Positions 39,978-50,318 of a stretch of 64,000 nucleotides of DNA are shown here, piece by piece. Below the pieces are notes generated by a model that did no database searches, was not told the origin of the DNA, and saw nothing but the letters and a program-made list of their open reading frames with translations. This DNA is from Candidatus Latescibacterota bacterium. Its GTDB lineage: Bacteria; Latescibacterota; UBA2968; UBA8231. A program made the translations under genes and the position numbers. Location of the stretch: positions 480,001 through 544,000 of the forward strand of contig OZ241867.1 of assembly GCA_965203175.1 (NCBI GenBank). The letters are read 5' to 3'. The stretch's first letter is position 1, and each line of letters begins with the position of its first letter.

Positions 39978-41069
39978 GTGAAAGCTTGGCGTTTCTATGC
40001 CTTCGGCGACATGCGGCTCGACGACATTGAGCTAGCGCCCTGCCCACCCGACCACGTGTTAGTCGAGCCGCTGGTAGTCCAACCCAGCGCCACCGAAGCC
40101 CAACTCGCCTTTGGAATTCCAACCCTAGCGTACGACCACGTCAAGAGCCGGCTGGAGACAGACGCGCCACTCCAGCTCTTCGGCCACGAGTTTTGCGCCC
40201 GGATCGTAGAAGTCGGCTCAGCCGTCGCCGGCTACGCACCCGGCGACCGCGTGGCAGCCCGCGCCAAGCTGCCCTGCGGCGACTGCCCCATGTGCCACTC
40301 CCAGCGCAGCGACGACTGCCGACTCGGTCCGATCATCGGCTTCCAACTGCCCGGCTGCTTTGCCGAGCGCGCCCTGCTCCCGGCCATCGCGTTGGTCAAA
40401 GTCGATGACCGCATCTCCGACAGCGAGGCTGCCACCCTACAATCGCTGAGCGACAGCATCGCCGGAGTCGAGACCGCGCAGATCCGGCCAGGCGATTCCG
40501 TCGCCGTCTTTGGCCAAGGTAGCATGGGCATCGAGAGCATGCAGGCCGCACGCGCCTGCGGCGCTGGCCAGCTCATCACCGTGGACGTGCGGCCCGAGGC
40601 GTGCGATATCTCGCTCGCGCTAGGGGCCGATTGCGCAATCAACGCCAGCGAGGACGATCCAGTCGAAGCAATCCGCGACCTGACCGGCGGCGAGGGTGCC
40701 GACGTGGTATTCGAGTGCGCCGGCGGCAGCGTCAAACTAGGGCTAGCCGGCGACCGGGCGCTCAAACAGGCCATGCACGCGGTGCGCTCCGGCGGCAAGC
40801 TAGTGGGCGTCTCCTGGTTTGGCGGCCCCCTAGAACTGGATGTGGACCTGATGCGGGAACGCAGTCTGCGCTACCTCTTCCCGGACATCAGCTCACAGGC
40901 CCATCTAGAGTACACAGTGCGGCTAGTGGCCTCGGGACGCATCAGCATGAAACCCACCATCCGGCACGTATTAGAGGGAATCGATAAGGTACCGGAGGCA
41001 TTTGAAATCACCGCGCACAAAGCCCAGTACCAAGCCATCAACCCCGCACAAGTCGTGATCGCCACCTAG
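39978..41069 (+). CDS. Zinc-dependent alcohol/polyol dehydrogenase
   Basis: GHEF, CGDCPMC..C structural Zn site, GQGSMG, VFECAG; GTG start at 39978 after AGGA. Confidence 0.9.
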   Translation: MKAWRFYAFGDMRLDDIELAPCPPDHVLVEPLVVQPSATEAQLAFGIPTLAYDHVKSRLETDAPLQLFGHEFCARIVEVGSAVAGYAPGDRVAARAKLPCGDCPMCHSQRSDDCRLGPIIGFQLPGCFAERALLPAIALVKVDDRISDSEAATLQSLSDSIAGVETAQIRPGDSVAVFGQGSMGIESMQAARACGAGQLITVDVRPEACDISLALGADCAINASEDDPVEAIRDLTGGEGADVVFECAGGSVKLGLAGDRALKQAMHAVRSGGKLVGVSWFGGPLELDVDLMRERSLRYLFPDISSQAHLEYTVRLVASGRISMKPTIRHVLEGIDKVPEAFEITAHKAQYQAINPAQVVIAT

Positions 41070-41920
41070 GGAATGTCTGGATAGTTCAACGGCATCCCCG
41101 TCTTGCCCAAATCGTATTGCGCTATGTGCCAACGCCCCAAGTTGGCGCTGAGAAAGAGCGACCGATCCGGGCCGCAGAAGGCGATATTGGTCGGGGCCGC
41201 CATGGCAGTGCCTTCGTAATCGTCGGCCAAAATGTCGAGTTGGCCGCTGGCATACTGATAGATGCGGTCCGGGCGATAGCAGGAACAATACAGAGTGCCT
41301 TCGTCGTCGAAAGCAAGACCATCGGGAACAGTCTGCGGAAGTTCGAACACAGTCTCGGCGGCACCGGCGCGGCCGTCGGCCTCGATTTTGATGCGGGCCA
41401 CGCGGGGATTGATGCTCACGGCCACGTAGAGATATTCTCCCGCCGCATCCAGCGCCGTTCCATTGGGAAAATCTGCCAAGGCGCGGCTCCAGACCTCGCC
41501 CTGGCCTCCCGGAGCAATCTTGCAAATCCAACCGTCGTTTTTGTGCCAGCCTCCAGAATTAGACACATACAGGTTGCCAGCCGCGTCAAAGACCGGGTAG
41601 TTGGCCCCGGTCAGCGGCACCTCGCCCGCGCCGTCGCAATACGTGCTGACCGCACCATCCGGCTCGACTCGCTTGACATCGCCGTTACAAACGTACAAGC
41701 GATGCTGAGCATCTTGACAGATACCGCCGACAAAGCCATCGACTTGGGCGAACTCCTCGAATTCGCGCCGGGCCAAGTCAATGCGGTAGATCTGACCCGC
41801 TTCGCCGCCGGCATAGGCATAGCCATCGCAGCCCCAAGCAATGCACTCGGGGTGGTCGAGGCCACTGCCAAAATCGCCGATAATCGCTGAAATTTGGGTG
41901 TGGGTATCGAGAAGAGCCAT
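41066..41920 (-). CDS. SMP-30/gluconolactonase family protein
   Basis: LDHPEC, ANY, FPNG, PDGLAFD and PTNIAF beta-propeller motifs. Confidence 0.88.
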   Translation of the reverse strand: MALLDTHTQISAIIGDFGSGLDHPECIAWGCDGYAYAGGEAGQIYRIDLARREFEEFAQVDGFVGGICQDAQHRLYVCNGDVKRVEPDGAVSTYCDGAGEVPLTGANYPVFDAAGNLYVSNSGGWHKNDGWICKIAPGGQGEVWSRALADFPNGTALDAAGEYLYVAVSINPRVARIKIEADGRAGAAETVFELPQTVPDGLAFDDEGTLYCSCYRPDRIYQYASGQLDILADDYEGTAMAAPTNIAFCGPDRSLFLSANLGRWHIAQYDLGKTGMPLNYPDIP

Positions 41921-42056
41921 GGCGTTCCTTTCGCAATAGAGGTACAAGGTCGGCCTCGACGGTAATTCAAAGTCGCCGCGCCGACAAGCCCCTTATTGAC
42001 AGCCGACTACGGGTGCGCTATGGTCTGCTCTCCCAACATTCACCCCACGAGGTCCC

Positions 42057-43197
42057 GTGCAAGCCACTAAAATCGAACGCTTGGAGCCTATCCTCTGGGA
42101 CCGCTGGCTCCTCCTGGAAATCCACTGCGAAGACGGCACCGTCGGCATCGGCGAGGGCGGCGTCCACGGCTGGCAGCGGCCCACCAAGACCATGCTCGAA
42201 ACCATGGCCTCGGCCCTCGTTGGCAAGGATCCCGCCCGCATCGAGCACCACTACCAGTGGCTGTACCGCTCGTCGCACTTTATGGGGTCGGTCGTCCAAG
42301 GAGCGCTCTCGGCCATTGACATCGCCCTCTGGGACATCAAGGGCAAACGCCTCGACGTGCCCATCTACGACCTGATGGGCGGCAAGACCCGCGATAAGGT
42401 CCGCTGTTACATGCACGTCGGCGGCGATTCGCTCGACGCGCTTGTCGCCGATGGCTTGGCCAAGGTGCAGCAGGGCTTTACCGCCCTCCGCTTCTCGCCC
42501 TTCGCGCCCGACTCCCGACTATTACTTGCACAAGTCCTACGCCGAGTGGGCCGACGAAGCCGTGCGCCGCGTCGGTGCGTTGCGCGAAGCCGTTGGCAAT
42601 GGCATCGACCTCTGCGTTGAGATCCACCGCCAGATGAATCCCGCCGAGTCGATTTGGCTCGGCCGCCGCCTCGAACAATTTCACCCGTACTTCTACGAAG
42701 ACCCCATGCTACCCGACAGCCCGGTGATCATGGGCGAAGTCCAAGCCCAGTGCAATATCCCCATCGCCACCGGCGAGCGCTTTTCCAGCATCTTCGAGTA
42801 CCAACAACTCCTCGATGCTAAGGCCACGTCCTACATCCGGCCGGACGTCTGCTTGTGCAGTGGCCTGACCGGATCCAAAAAGGTCGCAGCCATGGCCGAA
42901 GCCCGCCACGTCAAAGTCATTCCCCACAATCCCCTCAGCCCAGTCAGCACGGCCGCCTGCATCCAACTCGACGCCTGCATTCCCAACTTCGCCTTGCAGG
43001 AGTACACCGGCGAAGCCGAGCCACCGAAAAGCGAGCTGTTGGTCGAGCCGTTGCAATTAGAAGAAGGCTACTTGATCGTACCCGAAGGACCCGGCCTCGG
43101 AATCGCCCTCGACGAGGATGCCTTGCGCCGTCACCCCGTCCAAGACAAGATCCTCGACACACCCATCGGCTACGACGGGTCAGTGCAAGACCGCTAA
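42057..43197 (+). pseudogene. dgoD: Galactonate dehydratase-like enolase-superfamily gene, frameshifted
   Basis: The N-terminal half (ORF 42057..42620) and C-terminal half (ORF 42442..43197) join into one reading frame (...FSPFAPDYYLHKSY...) if one copy of the tandem CCCGACT (42507-42513/42514-42520) is removed. Confidence 0.82.
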
Positions 43198-43207
43198 GGA
43201 TAACACC

Positions 43208-44059
43208 ATGGATTTTGCCAAATTAGCAGACGAGCAACGCGAATTCTTCGACGCCAACGGCTATCTCATCATCCCCGACGCGCTCGATCAAGATACCATC
43301 GATCAAGTCGCCACAGCCGCCGACCGCCTGATGGACGACTTCGCCTACGAGGGCTATTACCAGCACCGCCGCGACGGGCTAGTTCAAGACCCCACCCTCG
43401 CCAAGCTGGCCACCGACTCGGCGATCATCCCGCTCGTCATCCAACTCCTCGGCACCCACATCCACATCACCAACACGGCCCTAATCTACAAACACCCCCA
43501 CCCCGTCGACGATCCCGGCGACTGCACTTGGCACCGCGACGTCGGTGTCCACCTCGACTTGGGCCACGTCCATCTCCCGCGCGTTGGCCTCAAGGTCGGT
43601 TACTGCCTCACCGACATGGACGGGCCTCACACCGGTGCCACGCTCTTCGCGCCCGGCAGCAACCGCCTCGCCGAACCTATCGTCATTCCCAAAGACCAGA
43701 TCCACCCCGCAGAATACCTCGAACCTCGCCTCAAAGCCGGCGACGCCTTTCTCTTTGAAAGTCGCATCTACCACGGCGCGGAGATCAACAGCCAGGACCA
43801 CGTCTCCAAAGTCGCGATGTTCGGCTATCACTACTGCTGGGTCCGCCCCGACTACTACCTGCGCTACTACGCCGACGAGGTCCAGCCGAGCGCGGACGTA
43901 GTCGCCAATCTCGACGACGTCGGCCGCCAACTCCTAGGGGCCACCGCCGACGCGCAGGGACGCGAAGCCCCCAACGGCATCGACTGGGCCATCGCCGAAT
44001 GGGCCGCAGAGCACGGCCTGTCTTTGGAAAGAGCACCGCAGCGAATCGACGCGGTATGA
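43208..44059 (+). CDS. PhyH family Fe(II)/2OG dioxygenase
   Basis: FDANGYLII, WHRD, PGSN, AGDAFLFESRIYH motifs. Confidence 0.9.
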   Translation: MDFAKLADEQREFFDANGYLIIPDALDQDTIDQVATAADRLMDDFAYEGYYQHRRDGLVQDPTLAKLATDSAIIPLVIQLLGTHIHITNTALIYKHPHPVDDPGDCTWHRDVGVHLDLGHVHLPRVGLKVGYCLTDMDGPHTGATLFAPGSNRLAEPIVIPKDQIHPAEYLEPRLKAGDAFLFESRIYHGAEINSQDHVSKVAMFGYHYCWVRPDYYLRYYADEVQPSADVVANLDDVGRQLLGATADAQGREAPNGIDWAIAEWAAEHGLSLERAPQRIDAV

Positions 44060-45465
44060 GTAGACATCTCTCGCGTTGTATCCTAGCCACCCTCAGCACC
44101 ATTATAGCCTCCATGACCCACGCCCAAGCTGATTCCGACCGCATCCAGCCCTACGCCGCCAATCCGCGCTACTGGCAGTACAACGGCCAGCCCGTGCTCC
44201 TCCTAGGCGGCACGATCAAAGACTGTCTCTTCCAAATACCCGACCTCGAAGCCCATCTCGACCTCCTGCAATCAGTCGGCGGCAACTACGTGCGCAATAC
44301 CATGAGTGACCGCCGCGTCTACGGCTATGAGGTCCCAGCCTTCCACCAAGCGGCCGACGGTCTGTACGACCTCAACCGCTGGAATCCGACGTATTGGCAG
44401 CGCTTCGCCGATTTTTTGCGCTGGACCGCCGAGCGCGATATCATCGTCCAAATAGAAATGTGGGATCGCTTTGACCACAGCCAAGAACATTGGGAAAAGA
44501 GCCCTCTCAATCCAGCCAACAACATCAACTATACCGTCGAGGAATCGGGCCTAGAAACGGACTATCCCGCCCACCCCGGCGGCAACTGGCAACCTTTCTT
44601 CTACACCGTCCCCACCTTGCGCAACAACCAAGTCGTGCTACCCTATCAACAGGCCTTTGTCGATCAAGTTCTCAAGCACTCCCTCCCCTACGACCACGTG
44701 CTCTACTGCATGGATAACGAGACCAGCGGCGACCCGGCGTGGGGCACCTATTGGAACGACTACATCAAGGAGCGGGCGCAGCAAGCGGGCAAGACCGTTG
44801 AAACCACTGAAATGTGGGACGAGTGGGACGTGCGCGGGCAGACCCATCGCGCCACCTTTGATCACCCAGAACAGTATTCTTTCATCGACATCTCGCAGAA
44901 TAGCTGGCAGCGCGAGCAGACCAATTGGGATCGAGCCCAGTGGGTGTGGCAATACATCGCCGCACAGCCCCGGCCGATCAATTCGACCAAGATCTACGGT
45001 GCCCAGACGCATCGGGACCAAAGCCGCGGCATTGACGACCGCCACGCCACCCAGTGCTTTTGGCGCAACCTCATCGGCGGCTTTGCCTCCAGCCGCTTTC
45101 ACCGGCCGGATTCCGGCATCGGGCTAAACCCCCAAGCCCAAGCCCACATTCGCAGCGGTCGCATGCTGTCTGAGGTCTTCGACTTTTTCAACGCCGAGCC
45201 GGATTCCGACAGCGCCCTACTGAGTGACCGCGCAGCCAATGAAGCCTATCTCAGCCGCGTCCCCGGCCGCCAGTACGCGCTCTACTTTACCGATGGCGGT
45301 GCCGTGGGTCTTGACCTGACCGGGACAGAAGGAACCTTCCAAGTCCAATGGCTCGACATTGCCGCCAGCACCTGGACCTCCGCCACCGACTTGGACGGTG
45401 GCGGCGTAGCGCAACTAGCTCCGCCCCAAGGAGGCCCTTGGGTCGCCTTGCTGACGCAGCGCTAA
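44056..45465 (+). CDS. Secreted glycoside hydrolase-like (TIM barrel) protein with a C-terminal beta domain
   Basis: Signal peptide; NPRYWQYNGQPVLLLGG, GGNYVRNTMS, MDNE (GH-A acid/base-like), C-terminal QWLD...APP..GPWVALL. Confidence 0.65.
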   Translation: MSRHLSRCILATLSTIIASMTHAQADSDRIQPYAANPRYWQYNGQPVLLLGGTIKDCLFQIPDLEAHLDLLQSVGGNYVRNTMSDRRVYGYEVPAFHQAADGLYDLNRWNPTYWQRFADFLRWTAERDIIVQIEMWDRFDHSQEHWEKSPLNPANNINYTVEESGLETDYPAHPGGNWQPFFYTVPTLRNNQVVLPYQQAFVDQVLKHSLPYDHVLYCMDNETSGDPAWGTYWNDYIKERAQQAGKTVETTEMWDEWDVRGQTHRATFDHPEQYSFIDISQNSWQREQTNWDRAQWVWQYIAAQPRPINSTKIYGAQTHRDQSRGIDDRHATQCFWRNLIGGFASSRFHRPDSGIGLNPQAQAHIRSGRMLSEVFDFFNAEPDSDSALLSDRAANEAYLSRVPGRQYALYFTDGGAVGLDLTGTEGTFQVQWLDIAASTWTSATDLDGGGVAQLAPPQGGPWVALLTQR

Positions 45466-45538
45466 GTTATGAATACTATTCTGCGTCCATCTGCGGATAA
45501 TTTTAATGATGTAGGATTGCCATAGCATTGGAGCAACA

Positions 45539-46477
45539 ATGAACCATAGTGACCGCGTCTTCTTCGGCCAGACCGATCTTCAGGTCTCGCGCTTGTGCCA
45601 AGGCACCGCCTTCCGCCACCTGCCCCGCGCCGACAGCCCCCAATCCCTAGCCGTACTCCACCACTGCTTGGACCAAGGCGTCAACTTTTTCGACACAGCA
45701 CAGGCCTACGGTTGGGGCGGGGCCGAGGAGGTGCTGGGACGGGCGGTCGCGGGTCGGCGCAACGAAGTCGTCATCTGCACCAAGGTTCCCGCCTCGCTGG
45801 CCCCCACAAGCGACGGCGACCCCGGCGAGCGCGTCCGCTACACCCGCGATCATCTCACCGACCGCCTCGAAGAAAGCCTCCACCGCCTGCGCACCGATCG
45901 CGTCGATCTCTACCTTTTGCACCACCGCGACAAGGGCACGCCACCGGAGGACATCGCCGAGGTCATGGAGGATTTGGTGCAGGCCGGCAAAACTCGCTAC
46001 TGGGGCGTCTCCAACCATTGCGCCGCCGAAGTCGCAGCCTTCCTCGCCCTAGCCCCCATCGCTGGCGTCGAGGACTACTACAACATCGCCGGCAGCCACT
46101 GCGACGAAACGGGACGCTCGCGAGTGGAGATTTACGAAGAGGAAATGCTGCCCCTGCTGCGGCGCACCGGGCTAGGCTGCCTAGCCTTCAGCCCAATGGA
46201 TACCGGACTCCTAGCCCGCCCCAACGACCCAGCCCTCTCCGCCTTAGTCGCCGCCATCGACCAAGTCGCCGCCGACTTGGACACCTCCCGCGCCACCGTC
46301 TGCGTCGCCTGGGTCCTGCATCAGGGCCTTACCTGCGTACTCGCCGGTGCCGAGAGCGCCGAGCACGTCGACGCCAATCTTCAAGGCACCCGCCTCCAAC
46401 TTCCCGCGGACACCCTCGCCGCCATCGACCAAGCGCGCCGGACCTACCGCGCCAGCCAACAGGAGCAACGCCCGTGA
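45539..46477 (+). CDS. Aldo/keto reductase
   Basis: GVNFFDTAQAYG, E.VLG, CTK, SLHRLRTDRVDLYLLH, GVSN motifs. Confidence 0.92.
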   Translation: MNHSDRVFFGQTDLQVSRLCQGTAFRHLPRADSPQSLAVLHHCLDQGVNFFDTAQAYGWGGAEEVLGRAVAGRRNEVVICTKVPASLAPTSDGDPGERVRYTRDHLTDRLEESLHRLRTDRVDLYLLHHRDKGTPPEDIAEVMEDLVQAGKTRYWGVSNHCAAEVAAFLALAPIAGVEDYYNIAGSHCDETGRSRVEIYEEEMLPLLRRTGLGCLAFSPMDTGLLARPNDPALSALVAAIDQVAADLDTSRATVCVAWVLHQGLTCVLAGAESAEHVDANLQGTRLQLPADTLAAIDQARRTYRASQQEQRP

Positions 46478-47355
46478 ACATCGTCGACGCCCATATCCAC
46501 GTCTGGACCTCCGACTTCGACCAGTATCCGCTGGCCCCCGGCTTTACGCCCGCCGATCTGTGGCTGCCCTCTTTTACCCCCGACGACCACTTTGCGTACA
46601 GCCGCAAGGTCGGCAAAGTCCGCCTCAACCTAGTACAAATGACCTGGTACGGCCTCGACCATAGCTACATCCTCGACCTAATCGCCTCTGATCCTGAAAC
46701 TTACACGGGCACCGGCATCGTCCCCGGAGTCTCCGACGTGTCGCTGGCCGACCCAGGCAAGACCATGCTCGCCTTGGCCGAGGGAGGCATTCGCGCCTTC
46801 CGCGTGCGCGGCGGTAGTACCGGTCGTCCAACCGCCTTTGGCCGTCAGGATCGCTGGCTCGACTACCCCGGCTACGAATCGATGTTCCGCACCGGAGCCG
46901 AGCACAATCTGGCCCTCAGCTTCCTCATGGGCCTCGCAGACCTGCCCGGCCTAATCCGCCTCTGCCGCCGCTTCCCAGAGACCCCGGTCATCCTCGACCA
47001 TATCTGCGGAGTGCGCATCCGCGACGGCGTCTGGCCCGAAGGCGATATTCGCACCCTCTGCAACATGGCCCGCTATCCGCGCGTCATGGTCAAGCTCGGC
47101 CCGTTCCAAGGCCTCGGCAACGGCGAGGCTCCTTACTTCGACCTCCTGCCCCTCATCGAACGCATCGTCGATGCCTTTGGCCCCGAACGCCTCATGTGGG
47201 AAAGCGACAGCGGCGGGCCCGTCCGCATGAAAGATCCCGCCAATGACTTTGCCGCAGCAATCGCCCTAATCCGCGACCACGCCGACTTCCTCAGCCAAAG
47301 CGACAAGGAGCAGATCCTAGGTAAGACGGCCGAGGACTTCTTCTTTAACCGCTAG
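46474..47355 (+). CDS. Amidohydrolase_2 family protein (lactonase-like)
   Basis: IVDAHIHVW, VILDH, VMVKL, FGPERLMWESD motifs; GTG start overlapping the upstream stop. Confidence 0.88.
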   Translation: MNIVDAHIHVWTSDFDQYPLAPGFTPADLWLPSFTPDDHFAYSRKVGKVRLNLVQMTWYGLDHSYILDLIASDPETYTGTGIVPGVSDVSLADPGKTMLALAEGGIRAFRVRGGSTGRPTAFGRQDRWLDYPGYESMFRTGAEHNLALSFLMGLADLPGLIRLCRRFPETPVILDHICGVRIRDGVWPEGDIRTLCNMARYPRVMVKLGPFQGLGNGEAPYFDLLPLIERIVDAFGPERLMWESDSGGPVRMKDPANDFAAAIALIRDHADFLSQSDKEQILGKTAEDFFFNR

Positions 47356-47367
47356 GAAAGGACCGCC

Positions 47368-48186
47368 ATGGAACTCACCGACGCCCATCTCGACGAATTA
47401 GAACAACGAGGTTTTATCATCTTGCCCGGCTTCCGCCACGGCGAGGAGCTAAAAGCAATGCAGCAAGCCCAGCGCCGCGTCTTGCCATCGTGGGATGAAG
47501 TAAAAGACGACCCGCCCCCTGGCCGCGCCATGCTCACCGAATTCCCACCCCCCGAAATGGCGCTGCTGCGCGGCATCGTCCACCATCAAGCCTGGGCCTT
47601 CGCTAGGAAGTGGTTTGGCAGCGAGCATATCCACTTCCGCGCCGGTTGCATGATCGCCCGCTATCCAGGCTTCAAAGGCGGCGGTACCGGCTCGGACGCC
47701 TCCGCGCTGCATCTCGACAACGGCAACAACTCGCTGCTGCCGCCCTCCGACTCAGCCCGCGCCTTCGGCCAACTCGGCTTCTGGCACCACCTCGAAGCAG
47801 TCGGCGAGGACCAGGCACCGCTGCGATTGATCCCCAAAGAACACGGCCGCGATATGAGCAAAGCCGTGCCGCTCGTCTGCGAAGCCGGCACCCTCTGCGT
47901 CTTCACCAATTACACCATGCACTCCGCCAGCGACTATCTGCGCGCCGATGGCCAGCGCTACACCTGGGGTTTTGGCCTCGGCCGCGCCGACCACTACTGG
48001 GAGGGTTTTCGCCATTACACCGACAAGGGCCAAAACCCGATCTTCCGCGAATTCATCGGCACCCTCACCGCCGCAGAAAGGGAAGTTTTCCGCTTCCCGC
48101 CCGCCGGCCACGCCTATTACACACCGCAAACCCTCGCCGCCCTCGAAGAACAGTACCCCGGCTGGAACGCCCGCAATGAATACTAA
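47368..48186 (+). CDS. PhyH family Fe(II)/2OG dioxygenase
   Basis: GFIILP, LHLDNGNN (HxD), AGTLCVF...MHSAS motifs. Confidence 0.82.
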   Translation: MELTDAHLDELEQRGFIILPGFRHGEELKAMQQAQRRVLPSWDEVKDDPPPGRAMLTEFPPPEMALLRGIVHHQAWAFARKWFGSEHIHFRAGCMIARYPGFKGGGTGSDASALHLDNGNNSLLPPSDSARAFGQLGFWHHLEAVGEDQAPLRLIPKEHGRDMSKAVPLVCEAGTLCVFTNYTMHSASDYLRADGQRYTWGFGLGRADHYWEGFRHYTDKGQNPIFREFIGTLTAAEREVFRFPPAGHAYYTPQTLAALEEQYPGWNARNEY

Positions 48187-48277
48187 CTCGGCGGAGGATC
48201 TGCCTTGATGCGCCCTCCTCCATTCCGTACACTCCCCCGCAACTAGCCCATTTTACCTTCTCAAAGGAGTCTCCATC

Positions 48278-49084
48278 GTGAAAATCGGCCTCTACGCCTC
48301 CATGTTCGGCAAAGACGATCCGCCCACCCTGCAAAGCATCGAAAGTTACATCGATCACGCCTACGACCTCCGTCTCGACTTAATCGACTTCCGCCGCGAC
48401 CGCGGCTTTAGCTCCGAAGACGCCGACTACCTCATCAAGACCAAACTCGCCTGCATCGAAAAGGGCCTTGCCATCGGCTATTTAGCTTCCGGTGGACACT
48501 TCGTCGGCAGCGACGAGGACCTGCGCGACAAGGTCGCCACTGCCAAGGCCGATATGGACATCGCGCTGATTTTGGGTGCGCCCATGATCCGCCTGTTCTG
48601 CGGCCAGCCCCTCACCGAACCAAAGGAGCGCGCCCGCGAAATCCGCTGCTTTCAAGAGGTCGCCGACTACGGCCTCGAAGTAGGCATCGCCATGGGCCTG
48701 CAGAACCATCCCTCCACTGGCGACGACGTCATACGCATCATCGAGGAAACCGACCGGCCCAACTTTAGCTTCCTGCTCGACACCGGCCAGTGGTGCGGCT
48801 CGCCGGCCCGCAACCAAGGCATTCCCGACCCGGACCACGACATCTACGCCTACATGCAGCAGACCGCCCATCTGGCCACCCACGTCCGCGCCAAGTTCTA
48901 CAAGATCGACAGCGGCAAGGAGGAGTGGATCGACTACGAGCGCATCGTCCCCATCCTCGCCGAGGCCGGGTACAACGGGCCGCTCTCCGTCGTCTTTGAA
49001 GGCCAAGACATCAACGATTGCGACGACAAAGAGGTCATGCGTTTGGCGGCCGCACAACTGCGGGATTTGGCCTCCCGGCTCTAA
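48278..49084 (+). CDS. Sugar phosphate isomerase/epimerase (xylose isomerase-like TIM barrel)
   Basis: LGAPMIRLF, LQNH, LLDTGQW, HVRAK, GYNGPLSVVFEG motifs. Confidence 0.85.
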   Translation: MKIGLYASMFGKDDPPTLQSIESYIDHAYDLRLDLIDFRRDRGFSSEDADYLIKTKLACIEKGLAIGYLASGGHFVGSDEDLRDKVATAKADMDIALILGAPMIRLFCGQPLTEPKERAREIRCFQEVADYGLEVGIAMGLQNHPSTGDDVIRIIEETDRPNFSFLLDTGQWCGSPARNQGIPDPDHDIYAYMQQTAHLATHVRAKFYKIDSGKEEWIDYERIVPILAEAGYNGPLSVVFEGQDINDCDDKEVMRLAAAQLRDLASRL

Positions 49085-49097
49085 TGGAGACTGCGCC

Positions 49098-50318
49098 ATG
49101 CGCGTCAACCGGGATCAATTCTTAGAACAAGGCTACGTAATCCTGCGCCACTGCATCCCACCGGAGATGCTGGATGCGGTGCGTACGGCCTGCGAAAAAA
49201 TGGTCGATCGCCAGCGGGTAATCTGGTCCCGCGAGCGAGCACCCGATGCGCCCGCTGGCGGCGTCTGGGAAACTGCTGCCCAACCTCGGCTGCACCTGCA
49301 AACCATGCAGGACCAAATCGATGCGGAGACCGCCCTGTCGATAGAAATCTGGCTCCACGAAAACTTGCAGGGAGCCAGCAGCGAGTTGCTGGGGTTAAAG
49401 GACGCCGCGGTTACCGAGATGATGATGATGTGCAATCCGGTCCGCGACCACGGCCCGGCCAAGTGGCACCGCGACTTCTATCCGCCTTACTGCGCCCCAC
49501 TCCAAGGCTACGTCGACGACATCCTCGAAAACGGCCCGCGCTATGTGCAGTGGAATATCCCGCTCTACGACGACGACGTGCTGTGGGTCGTGCCCAAAAG
49601 CCACATCCGCCGCAACACCGAGGAGGAAAATCGCCAACTTACCAAAAACAACCGCGTCCCGCTCGCCAGCGGAGTGCAAACTCACCTCAATGCCGGCGAC
49701 GGCGTGGCCTACATCCTGCCGATCCTACACTGGGGCAGCAACTACAGCACCAAGCTGCGCCGCACCATCCACGGCGGCTTTTCCGACTTCACCCACTACC
49801 CGGACCTCAGCTACCTCGAATATCTCTCGCCAGCGGCCCAAACCACCTTCACTCGCTGGGATCAACACAGCCACCAGAAATTGGGCCAAACCGAGGCCGC
49901 GCTCCGTGCAGCCTTGCAAAAGGACGGCGCGGCCTACTGCGCCGCGCTCGACATCCTGCATCCAAGCCGCGGCCCCAAGGGCCAGTTGCAATCGACACTG
50001 TTTTTGAGCAAAGTCGCACGCCGCATCAACCACCTCAAACGCCCCGATTTTGCCGCGCTTCCCGCCCAAGACCAACGCTACGCCACCAGCATGCACCCGA
50101 TGACCTTGCAGTGGGGGCAACGCATCGCCGACCGCTTTTCAGCAGCGGAAGCCGCCGCGCTGTGGGCGCGATTCAAGCCCGTGGACGACGCCCTCCAGGC
50201 CCCGGAGTTGCAATGGGGCCCCGGTTTCCAAGGCGAGGATACCCATTACTACCTCAACGATGTGCCCGCCGACCTCAGCGTCGAACGCTTTATAGCCGAT
50301 TGGGATCAAAAAGCGTAG
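49098..50318 (+). CDS. PhyH family dioxygenase with a C-terminal extension
   Basis: FLEQGYVILR, WHRD, QWNIPLYDD, VPKSH, LHWG, RRTIH motifs; ATG 49098 with a GGAGA RBS. Confidence 0.85.
   Translation: MRVNRDQFLEQGYVILRHCIPPEMLDAVRTACEKMVDRQRVIWSRERAPDAPAGGVWETAAQPRLHLQTMQDQIDAETALSIEIWLHENLQGASSELLGLKDAAVTEMMMMCNPVRDHGPAKWHRDFYPPYCAPLQGYVDDILENGPRYVQWNIPLYDDDVLWVVPKSHIRRNTEEENRQLTKNNRVPLASGVQTHLNAGDGVAYILPILHWGSNYSTKLRRTIHGGFSDFTHYPDLSYLEYLSPAAQTTFTRWDQHSHQKLGQTEAALRAALQKDGAAYCAALDILHPSRGPKGQLQSTLFLSKVARRINHLKRPDFAALPAQDQRYATSMHPMTLQWGQRIADRFSAAEAAALWARFKPVDDALQAPELQWGPGFQGEDTHYYLNDVPADLSVERFIADWDQKA

Noticed and set aside
42480-42530. Programmed ribosomal frameshift in the dgoD-like gene
   Set aside because: No slippery heptamer is present, and the exact 7-bp duplication explains the shift.
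45480-45496. TCTGCGTCCATCTGCGG intergenic motif
   Set aside because: It resembles a common short extragenic repeat, but there is a single partial copy and no associated gene here.
45595-46473. Apparent N-terminal extension on the amidohydrolase (586 aa)
   Set aside because: An Arg/Pro-rich off-frame reading of the aldo/keto reductase; the real start is GTG 46474.
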